Source of the DNA: Polyangiaceae bacterium
GTDB taxonomy: Bacteria; Myxococcota_A; Polyangia; Polyangiales; Polyangiaceae
Assembly: GCA_965222375.1 (NCBI GenBank)
Contig: CBDCTZ010000015.1
Location: forward strand, 672,001-736,000
Reading direction: 5' to 3'
DNA length: 64,000 nucleotides
Numbering within the stretch: position 1 is the first letter of the stretch; each line of letters opens with the position of its first letter. The translations under genes were made by a program, and so were the position numbers. Positions 50,849 through 58,779 of this stretch are shown here, in pieces. The notes beneath the pieces were generated by a model. It made no database searches. It saw nothing but the letters and a program-made list of their open reading frames with translations, and was not told the DNA's origin.

Positions 50849-50956
50849 CAAATCGCCGTCATTCCACCCTGAATGAAACAACTTGTTCGTGGATCGGAGG
50901 TTACGTGAACTTTCCTCGTGGTGTTTTCGCGCGAACGCTTTGGTCGGCCTAGACTC
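50849..50956 (+). repeat. Structured dispersed repeat, copy 3
   Basis: Same length and ends as copy 1, with scattered substitutions. Confidence 0.9.
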
Positions 50957-51907
50957 ACGGATTGCTCGCCCTTTTCGTGCAGTTCGACTTCTTGTGGAGG
51001 CGCGTGCAGCAGCGAGGCCGAGTGCGCCGCCACAGCCTATTGCGATGGAAGCAATTGCATCCCCAAGGCAGACAGCGGAAAGCCGTGCGGCGAAAACAAG
51101 CAGTGCAAGACAGGATTCTGCGTCGATGGAGTCTGTTGCAATACGCCTTGCCTGGGGCAATGCGAAGCGTGTGATACCCAAAGCGCAGTGGGAACATGCT
51201 TGCCGGTGATCGGTGAGCCCCACGGCAGTCGAACTAAATGCGCCACCGGCAGTGCTGAAGAGGCCTGCGCGACGGCCCGTTGCGACGGGACTGTGCGGGA
51301 CGCCTGCGCCGGTTTTCTCGGCCCGGAAGTGAGTTGTCGACAAGCGACTTGCGTCAAGGGCGTCGCGATAACTTCGGCGGTCTGCGCCGGCAAGGGCAGC
51401 TGTCCGGCGCCAGATCTGCGACAGTGCGAACCCTTCGCTTGCGTGGGCGCAGCGTGCGCCAAGGCTTGCACCGTGGAAGCGCATTGCGCGGCCGGCTATC
51501 GCTGCGATGAGGAGACCGGACTCTGCCTGGCCATTGCGACCTGCATCGACGAGGTCACCTTGGATCCACCGGGTAGTGCGCCGCAGAGTTGTGTCCCCTA
51601 CCGCTGTCGGGGAGTTGCGTGCTTAAGCCAGTGCAACGGCGTTGAAGATTGCGCACCCGGCTTCTTGTGCAACTCCGACAATAGTTGCGTGAAGGCACGC
51701 CCTGACGAGGACGACGACGCCGGCGGTTGTGGCTGCCGAATTCGACCACGTCAGACGCCATCGGAGGCGGCTTGGTTGCTGCTGGCTTCAGTAGGGCTGG
51801 CCGCGCGACGACGTCGGTGGAGGATAGCCGGGCGCCCGCGCAACTCGAAGAATCCACGCGGCCCGGGCCACGCAAGTTCCATCGCCGCCCCTCGCGTCAC
51901 CCCCTAG
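50957..51907 (+). pseudogene. 5'-truncated Cys-rich MYXO-CTERM protein
   Basis: Begins mid-domain (TDCSPFSC...) right after the repeat; CVDGVCCN repeats; GGCGCR...WLLLASVGLAARRRR tail. Confidence 0.8.
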
Positions 51908-51917
51908 GAACAACGGC

Positions 51918-52511
51918 TCAATACCAATTGCACCCCCCTTCGACGCAACCGCACGTGACCTTGTCCGGGGTACAGAAACAGTCTGCGTTGCCAGGGGAAA
52001 GGCCGGGGTTGTGGCACAGGTTTAGAGCGCATCCGCCAACAGAGCAGTCGGCGTCGACTTGGCAGGCGTCGTTGCCGTTCTTGACACACGCACCCACGGG
52101 CGCTGGCACCCGCGCCGTGCACCATGTGGAGTAGTCCACGCAGCAGCCACCCTCGCTCACGCAAGCGGCGTCGCAGCGGCAGCCCGGAGGCCCACTGCTG
52201 CCGCAACGCCCGGCGCAGCTATTGTCGCCGGTGATCTTCGGGTCCGGCTTCCAGGTCTTTCCTGCGGTGGCGGCCGAACCGCCGGTAGCGGTGCCCGAGT
52301 CTGGCGAACCGCCAGCAACCCCTCCGCCACCCGCGGAGCCAGCGCTGCCGGAATCCGGAGCGCCGGCCACCCCGCCGCTGGCAGAACCCCCGACGCCGGC
52401 GCCGCCCGCAAAGCCGCCAGTCCCAGCGGATGCGTCCGGCGTGCCGCGCGTCTCGGAAGTGCCACCGCAAGCCGTCATCAACAGCAGTGCAACCAGTTGG
52501 TGCTTCTTCAT
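51918..52511 (-). CDS. Lipoprotein with somatomedin-B-like Cys module
   Basis: MTAC lipobox; SCAGRCG...CRCDAACVSEGGCCVDYSTWC. Confidence 0.75.
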   Translation of the reverse strand: MKKHQLVALLLMTACGGTSETRGTPDASAGTGGFAGGAGVGGSASGGVAGAPDSGSAGSAGGGGVAGGSPDSGTATGGSAATAGKTWKPDPKITGDNSCAGRCGSSGPPGCRCDAACVSEGGCCVDYSTWCTARVPAPVGACVKNGNDACQVDADCSVGGCALNLCHNPGLSPGNADCFCTPDKVTCGCVEGGCNWY

Positions 52512-52559
52512 GCCGGCGGACGGTAGCACGGCTCGCAGACGCGCCGGCCGGCAGGAGCC

Positions 52560-52669
52560 CGAATCGCCCGTCGTTCCAGCGTGAGTGAAACAACTAGATC
52601 GTGGATCGGGGGTTACGTGGACTTTCCACGCCGTGTTTCGGCGCGAACGCTTTTGGTCGGCCTGGACTC
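52560..52669 (+). repeat. Structured dispersed repeat, copy 4 (diverged)
   Basis: CGAATCGCCCGTCGTTCCAGCGTGAGTGAAACAACTAGATC...GGTCGGCCTGGACTC. Confidence 0.88.
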
Positions 52670-52768
52670 CAAGGCGCGCTGCAACCACGGCTCCGCGGAT
52701 CCGCGCTGCGTCATCGGCGCGAAGGCGCTCCTCCGCCGGCACGCCGCTTGCTCTTGTCCATTGTACGA
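52670..52768 (+). repeat. Second repeat family (~98 bp), partner at 54770-54867
   Basis: Shared core GATCCGCGCT.CGTCATCGGCG..A.GGCGCTCCT...CCGGCACGC. Confidence 0.8.
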
Positions 52769-53431
52769 TGGGCAATTCCGGACGCCGCGGCGTAATTTCC
52801 GTGTGGCTAGCGTGCCTCACTGTGGCGGGATCGGCCCGAGCGGAAGGCACACCACCTCCGACGCATGCGTTTCCGCCCACGCCCGAGCCCGCAAAGCCAA
52901 ACGGGCGCAGCCCACCACCTGCCATGCCTCCGCCGACTCCAGGCCAGCCGAATCGCTGGGACCGGGACGACCTGCTGGAAGTGCATCTTGGACTCGGGAC
53001 GCCGTACGGATTCATCGGCGTTGCCTACGAACGTGACTTGGCCAGGTACTTCGGTTTCGTAGTCGGCGGCGGTATGCGGTCCGAAGGAGGCCAAGCAGCC
53101 GCAGGCGTCCATGCGCGCATACCCTTCACCTCAATGGCGCTCGGCTTCGAGTTGATCTGGTCTGGTGGCCCGTACGAGTGGGACGACTGCATCCCCTACT
53201 GCCTGGACGACCACGACAGCAAGCGCTGGGACTTCGCCCACTGCATCAATATTGGTCCAGCACTGGAGCCGCGCTCAGCCGCAGGCTTCAATGCGCGCTT
53301 TCTACATGGGCCTCGGCCAAGTCCTGAACGAACCCGATTCCTGCTATGACGCCAGTTCGCGCGAGCACAAATGCTACGGCTCCAATCCGACCTTGTTCTT
53401 CCTCGGGCTCTCCTTGGGCACGGCGTTCTAA
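52768..53431 (+). pseudogene. Outer-membrane beta-rich protein, frameshifted near 53300
   Basis: Signal peptide, LGLGTPYGFIGV; C-terminus (FFLGLSLGTAF*) in another frame. Confidence 0.65.
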
Positions 53432-53611
53432 GCGTGTTCCACCGGCGATTCCGCCCCACGTCGCGCGCCGGTGCGCGCAGACGAGCGTGGGAACGAGCTT
53501 GTTGCCCATTTGCTCGCTAGGCCATCATCGTGGAGAAGTTGGGGCGCTACGCCACTGCGCGTCCCGCGCGCGGTCGCTCGTGGCTGCGCCAACGACACTC
53601 GCGCAGACCCT

Positions 53612-54643
53612 TCAAGGGCCGCAAGGCTTATAAGCGCGGTCGAAAATCGCCTTGGCGATGGACTGGAAATCTGTGTCGAACGCTTGATCGCAGAGGTCGT
53701 GGGATTCACCACCTGTGCTGGTTGCCAGATTGATGTACTGGGTGCCAGCCGCCTTGGCCGGCGCGCACGATGGCGGACCTTTCAGGGCCACTATTGCGTG
53801 AAACCTGTAGTTGTTGAAATTCGGCGGGTCCAGCGCCTTGACTTGTTGGTCAAACGACGGCCCCGCCACGCTACCTTTCGCGTCGTCATCCGAGACGACA
53901 ATGAAGTGCCGCAATGACCCCGGGCGCAGCGCGCTCGCCCAACCCGGGTAGTCGGTCAGGATCACGTCCAAGGCGTTGCTTCCAATCGCTACAGGGCGGT
54001 GGAGGAAAAAAGGCGACTTCGTGTCGACAGGACAGGCGCCTGACCCAAGAGGTGCTGGGACGCAAATACCACCCGCGGCGGAATCTGCGGCGATCAGGAC
54101 AATGCGCCAGTCGAGCCCAGCAGCGTTGATTATTTGCGCGAAGTTCAGAGAAAGCTGCTGCTGAACGAACACCTTCTCCTCGGCCATGCTTGGCGACGTG
54201 TCCACTGCAAGCACGATGTCCGTCGTAAGCTTGGGCAAGCAGCTGGCGTCCGCAGGAGCATCAGGCCCCCCCGCATCGCTCACACCGCCCGAGCCGCTCA
54301 CACCGCCCGAGCCGCTCACACCCCCCGAGCCGCTCACACCCCCCGAGCCGCCCACACCACCGGCACCGCTCCCAGCAGCTCCCGCCGCCGCGCCGCCGCC
54401 GTCGGTGCTCGCGCCACCGGTGCCGCCTGCGCAGTCGCAGATGCTCCAGCCTTTGCCGTCGGCGTTGCACGATTGCCCACCTGGGCAAGCGCCCGGGCCG
54501 ACGCAGATGCGCGTTTCGTTCGGCTGACATATCTTGCCGTCGCCGCCGCTCGAGTCATCCCCGCCGCAGCTCGCGAGCAAGGCTGCGCCAAGCAGGCCTA
54601 GTGACCATGCGACCCGCTGCACGCGTCGGTATGCCCATTTCAT
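53612..54643 (-). CDS. vWA-domain lipoprotein (CglB-like family)
   Basis: LASC lipobox; DIVLAVDTSPSMAEE MIDAS, HFIVVSDDD, YINLATSTGG; GGVSGS tandem linker. Confidence 0.8.
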   Translation of the reverse strand: MKWAYRRVQRVAWSLGLLGAALLASCGGDDSSGGDGKICQPNETRICVGPGACPGGQSCNADGKGWSICDCAGGTGGASTDGGGAAAGAAGSGAGGVGGSGGVSGSGGVSGSGGVSGSGGVSDAGGPDAPADASCLPKLTTDIVLAVDTSPSMAEEKVFVQQQLSLNFAQIINAAGLDWRIVLIAADSAAGGICVPAPLGSGACPVDTKSPFFLHRPVAIGSNALDVILTDYPGWASALRPGSLRHFIVVSDDDAKGSVAGPSFDQQVKALDPPNFNNYRFHAIVALKGPPSCAPAKAAGTQYINLATSTGGESHDLCDQAFDTDFQSIAKAIFDRAYKPCGP

Positions 54644-54769
54644 CCTTGCACCCTCGACTCCTAGCTGCCGCTCGTACCGGCTGAGCACTACGTTGGCGGC
54701 GCCCGCACCACCCGTCAACGATTGGATAGCCGAAAGCCCCCCTTGCAGCACGCGCGTAAAAGAATACTG

Positions 54770-54867
54770 CAAGACACGCTGCGATACGGCCCCGCAGATC
54801 CGCGCTCCGTCATCGGCGTGAGGGCGCTCCTTCACCGGCACGCTGTTCGCTCCTGTCCACTGCGCGA
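54770..54867 (+). repeat. Second repeat family, copy 2
   Basis: Aligns by eye with 52670-52768. Confidence 0.8.
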
Positions 54868-54990
54868 GTGCGGGCGGAAGTTGGTGGCGAATCGGAGCTC
54901 TCCCGGTCTCTCGAAGCTCTTCGTGGGCTGTACCAATCCTACGCCTCTTCGGGCGGTCGAGCCAGCCGTGCTGGCCCTCGCCAAAACGTG
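54864..54990 (-). pseudogene. Degenerate copy of part of the gene at 63317-63785
   Basis: GELRFATNFRPHS here vs GELRFATDFRPHS there; nucleotide similarity to 63535-63667. Confidence 0.75.
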
Positions 54991-55175
54991 GTTGTCAGGG
55001 CGGGCGTACACGCGTGCGTGTCGCATACGTGACGCGTGAACGTGGAGGTCTTTGCCGAAAACCTGGCGCTGGCTGCGCAAAGATCGCCGCTCGAAGGAAA
55101 CGGAATCGACTTCTAGGGCGGTCGAATCCGAACCCCTCGCGACGAACGTCACCAGCGGACCGCCTCGCACCTCCC

Positions 55176-55204
55176 TTGACCGACCCGGGACAGCCGTGCA
55201 CACT
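55176..55204 (+). promoter_or_regulatory. Putative sigma-70 promoter of the RNA-repair operon
   Basis: TTGACC-17 nt-CACACT. Confidence 0.5.
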
Positions 55205-55218
55205 ACGCCGCATCCGTC

Positions 55219-55317
55219 ATGAGGCGACTCGAATACAACCCGTCCAACAAACTGCGAATGCGGCACGCCTTTGCTTGTGGTTTGTGGGAGATGGTGGCCC
55301 GACGGAGTAGCGACTGA
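55219..55317 (+). CDS. Putative leader peptide (32 aa)
   Basis: MRRLEYNPSNKLRMRHAFACGLWEMVARRSSD*; last codons overlap the antiterminator strand. Confidence 0.6.
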   Translation: MRRLEYNPSNKLRMRHAFACGLWEMVARRSSD

Positions 55318-55350
55318 GTATTCTCAGCGACTGAAGCTCCGACGGGCCGC
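55294..55350 (+). promoter_or_regulatory. Antiterminator hairpin
   Basis: GTGGCCCGACGGAG (55294-55307) pairs 13/14 (one G-U) with CTCCGACGGGCCGC (55337-55350), which contains the terminator 5' arm. Confidence 0.7.
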
Positions 55351-55377
55351 TCCTAGAAAGGCGGCCCGTTTCGTTTT
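55342..55377 (+). terminator. Intrinsic terminator (attenuator)
   Basis: ACGGGCCGC-10 nt-GCGGCCCGT followed by TTCGTTTT, about 55 nt upstream of the first operon gene. Confidence 0.8.
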
Positions 55378-55432
55378 GTGCTTCGGGTCGTTGGGGCGGT
55401 CCGCTGGAGAGTTGGAGGAAGGCAGGGGGATC

Positions 55433-56230
55433 ATGCGACAAGAAGGAATCAAGGAAGTCTGGGACCTGCTGGACCGGCAGAGCCTCCGAGACCTGCTCGC
55501 CGAAGGGCCCGAGCCGCTGTTCGCGACCGTGAGCGGGGCGCACCTGTATGGGTTCGCGTCCGCAAATAGCGATGTGGACCTGCGTGGTGCGTTCGTGCTG
55601 CCCACCCGACAATTGCTGCGTCTTCAGCCGCCCACCGAAACTCTGACGATCGACCGTGTGACGGATGGCGTGGAGCTCGACTGGGTCGCCCACGACGTCC
55701 GCAAGTTCGCGAAAATGATGACGAAGCACAACGGGTACGTCCTCGAGCAGCTTTTCTCGCCCCTGGTTGTGACCGGCGGGGAGGAGTTCGACGAGCTACG
55801 CGAGCTCGGGCGCGGATGCATCACCCGGGGACTGGTGCGGCACTACCGTGGGTTCGCGCACGGCCGCCGCAAGCTGCTTCTAGAGCCCGGCGCGACGGTG
55901 AAGACGCTGCTGTACGCGTACCGGGTGTACCTCACGGGGATCTACACCCTCCGCACAGGGACCATCGAGGCCAATCTGCTCGAGCTCAACGAGGAGTTCC
56001 GTCTGTCGCAGGTGGACGAGCTGATCGCGCGGAAACGGGCCGGTGCGGAAAAGGCTGCCCTCGCTGAGGGCGAGGCGGAGTCGCACGCGACCGAGTTGGA
56101 TGCGCTCGAACGCAGGTTGGCTGAGGCGCATGAGGCAAGCTCTCTCGCCGAGTTGCCGACCACTGCGACTGCGCTCGACGACTTCGTCGTGCGCGTTCGC
56201 CTGCAGCGTCTGGAGCAGGAAAATGGCTAG
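55433..56230 (+). CDS. RlaP-type Pol-beta superfamily nucleotidyltransferase
   Basis: SGAHLYGFASANSDVDLRG, NGYVLEQL, KTLLYAYR motifs. Confidence 0.85.
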   Translation: MRQEGIKEVWDLLDRQSLRDLLAEGPEPLFATVSGAHLYGFASANSDVDLRGAFVLPTRQLLRLQPPTETLTIDRVTDGVELDWVAHDVRKFAKMMTKHNGYVLEQLFSPLVVTGGEEFDELRELGRGCITRGLVRHYRGFAHGRRKLLLEPGATVKTLLYAYRVYLTGIYTLRTGTIEANLLELNEEFRLSQVDELIARKRAGAEKAALAEGEAESHATELDALERRLAEAHEASSLAELPTTATALDDFVVRVRLQRLEQENG

Positions 56231-57380
56231 GTTTGATCCCAATGCTGCCGCCATCTTCGTGGCTCTGTCCGGCAGCCATGCCCACGGCACGGCCAGATCA
56301 GACTCGGACGTCGATCTGCGTGGCGTGTGCGTGGCGCCGCTACAGGTCCGCCTGTCGTACCGGGACGCTTTCGAGCAGCACGAGGCTCCGCTCGAAGGGG
56401 AGCTGTGGCCACGGGTGCGCGCTGCGCTGCAACAACACCCTACGGCCGCCACTGCGATGGCCACGAAGGTGGAGTCTGCCCTCTTCGACCTCAGCAAGCT
56501 GGTGATGCTCTGCGCGAACGCCAACCCGAACGCGCTGGAAATCCTGTTCGCGGACAAGGGCGATTGGCTTTTCGCCACGCAGCTCTGGCGCCGCCTGCAC
56601 GCGGAGCGCCATCGATTTCTCTCAGCGAAAGTCGAACAGACCTACTTGGGCTACGCGCTATCGCAACTCAGGCGCATCAAGACCCACCGGTCATGGCTTC
56701 TGACCCCACCGGCGAAAGAGCCAACGCGAGCGAACTTCGGGCTGCCCGAGCAGGCGACGCTCAGCGCGGACGACCGCAACCGAATCGAGCAGGCCATTGC
56801 GGAAAAGGTGCGGAGTTGGGGCATTGACACGCTAGAGGTGTCGAAGGCCGACCGGATTGCGCTCAAGGCGCGCTTGACGGACCTCTGGTCAGACGTGCTC
56901 AGCTGCAGCGAGGACGACATTGACGCTCGCCAACGCGACGTTGCCGCAGAGAGCCTCGGGATCCCGCGCACGCTGTCGCGCACGCTGGACGCCGAACGGA
57001 AATACCGCGCCGCCCGCAGGCACTGGGAGTCGTACCTGCGCTGGAAGGAAGAACGCAATCGGGACCGAGCAAAGCTCGAGGCCGATTTCGGTTACGACAC
57101 GAAGCACGCTGCGCACCTCGTTCGTCTCATGCGCACCGGCATCGAGGTCCTCGAAACAGGCGATCTGAACGTCCGCCGCCCGGACGCGTCCCAGCTGCTG
57201 GAGATCCGCGACGGGAAATACGGCTACGACGAGCTGGTCGCAGAAACCGAGCGCCTCGAAGCGGCGATAAAAACCGCGGCGAGCAAATCGAATCTGCCGG
57301 CAGACGTGGATCACGCCGCGCTGGACGAGTTGCTGTTCGAGCTGCTGACGGAGTTCTACGACCGGAAGGAAGCGATCTAG
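56223..57380 (+). CDS. Second RlaP-type nucleotidyltransferase
   Basis: SGSHAHGTARSDSDVDLRG, NPNALEIL, YDTKHAAHLVRL, LLEIRDG. Confidence 0.85.
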   Translation: MARFDPNAAAIFVALSGSHAHGTARSDSDVDLRGVCVAPLQVRLSYRDAFEQHEAPLEGELWPRVRAALQQHPTAATAMATKVESALFDLSKLVMLCANANPNALEILFADKGDWLFATQLWRRLHAERHRFLSAKVEQTYLGYALSQLRRIKTHRSWLLTPPAKEPTRANFGLPEQATLSADDRNRIEQAIAEKVRSWGIDTLEVSKADRIALKARLTDLWSDVLSCSEDDIDARQRDVAAESLGIPRTLSRTLDAERKYRAARRHWESYLRWKEERNRDRAKLEADFGYDTKHAAHLVRLMRTGIEVLETGDLNVRRPDASQLLEIRDGKYGYDELVAETERLEAAIKTAASKSNLPADVDHAALDELLFELLTEFYDRKEAI

Positions 57381-57384
57381 TCTT

Positions 57385-58779
57385 ATGCTCCTTACCATTT
57401 CCACGACCCACCAGCCGGCCACCGACTTGGGCTTCCTGCTGTCGAAGCATCCGGACAAGTGCCAGTCCTTCGAGCTGAACTTTGGCAAAGCTCACGTGTT
57501 CTACTCGGAGAGCTCGAACGCGCGGTGTTCGGCGTCTCTGCTCGTCGACATCGATCCCGTTGCGCTCGTACGCGGGAAGAGCGATGGGGCGACGGGAACG
57601 CTGGCGCAGTACGTCAATGACCGGCCCTACGCGGCCTCGTCGTTCATGAGTGTGGCCATCTCTCAGGTGTTCGGCAGCGCGCTGAATGGGAAGAGCCGGG
57701 AGCGGCCAGAACTGGCGGCGACAGCCATCACGCTCGAAGCAGAGCTCCCAGTCGTTCCGTGTCGCGGCGGGGAGGAGCTGCTGCGCGCGCTGTTCGAGCC
57801 GCTCGGATACGAGGTCGATGCCAAGCGCCTCGACCTCGATCCCAACTTCCCAGATTGGGGAAGCAGCTCGTACTTCTCGGTGAAGCTGAACGCCGTGGTG
57901 CGCCTGCAAGAGCTGCTGTCGCATCTGTACGTGCTGCTGCCCGTACTCGACCATTCCAAGCACTACTACGTTTCGGAGGACGAGATCTCGAAGCTCGTCG
58001 CCAAGGGCGAGGGGTGGCTGAAGCAGCATCCGCAGCGCGAGCAGATCGCCCAGCGCTACTTCAGGCGCAAGCGGAGCTACGCGCGCCAGGCGCTTGCGCA
58101 GCTCGTGGCAGAGGGAGAATGTGACATTGACGCGGTCGACGAGGCGAAAGAGCAGGAAGAGAGCAAGCTAGAAAAGAAGATCCGCCTCAATGACCAACGA
58201 GTGGCGGCGGTCGTGGAAGCTCTGCGTGCAGCCGATACGCGCACTGTTGTCGACTTGGGCTGCGGCGAGGGCAAGCTACTTCAAGCGCTGCTTCGAGAGA
58301 AGTTCATCCAACGCATCGTCGGGGTGGATTTGTCCTGCCGCGCACTAGAGATCGCGCGCCGGAGACTGCACCTGGAGGAGATGGCCCCGCGCAAGCGAGA
58401 GCGCATCGAACTGCTCCAGGGGTCCCTCACCTACCGGGACGCGCGCCTATCGGGGTTCGACGCGGCTTGCCTGGTCGAGGTGATCGAGCACGTGGACGAA
58501 TCACGCCTAGGCGCGGTGGAGCGCACCGTATTCGAGTTCGCTCGTCCTCGCATGGTGATCGTGACCACCCCAAACATCGAGTACAACGTGCAATTCCCCG
58601 GTTTGGAGCCGGGTCGTCTTCGCCATCGCGATCATCGATTCGAGTGGACGCGAACGCAATTCGAGACATGGGCGGGCAAAGCCAGCCAACGCCACGGCTA
58701 TAACGTCCGGTTTTCGCCCATCGGCGACGTGCACGGACAATTCGGAGCACCGACACAGATGGGAGTGTTCACGCGATGA
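57385..58779 (+). CDS. hen1: 3'-terminal RNA ribose 2'-O-methyltransferase Hen1
   Basis: MLLTISTTHQPATDLGFLL, QYVNDRPYAASS, DLGCGEG, EVIEH, TTPN, RHRDHRFEWTR. Confidence 0.96.
   Translation: MLLTISTTHQPATDLGFLLSKHPDKCQSFELNFGKAHVFYSESSNARCSASLLVDIDPVALVRGKSDGATGTLAQYVNDRPYAASSFMSVAISQVFGSALNGKSRERPELAATAITLEAELPVVPCRGGEELLRALFEPLGYEVDAKRLDLDPNFPDWGSSSYFSVKLNAVVRLQELLSHLYVLLPVLDHSKHYYVSEDEISKLVAKGEGWLKQHPQREQIAQRYFRRKRSYARQALAQLVAEGECDIDAVDEAKEQEESKLEKKIRLNDQRVAAVVEALRAADTRTVVDLGCGEGKLLQALLREKFIQRIVGVDLSCRALEIARRRLHLEEMAPRKRERIELLQGSLTYRDARLSGFDAACLVEVIEHVDESRLGAVERTVFEFARPRMVIVTTPNIEYNVQFPGLEPGRLRHRDHRFEWTRTQFETWAGKASQRHGYNVRFSPIGDVHGQFGAPTQMGVFTR

Noticed and set aside
55271..55432. N-terminal extension of the first NTase, or a Trp attenuator (WW codons in this frame)
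   Set aside because: TTG start without RBS, the frame crosses the terminator with no stop, and a purine-rich RBS precedes ATG 55433
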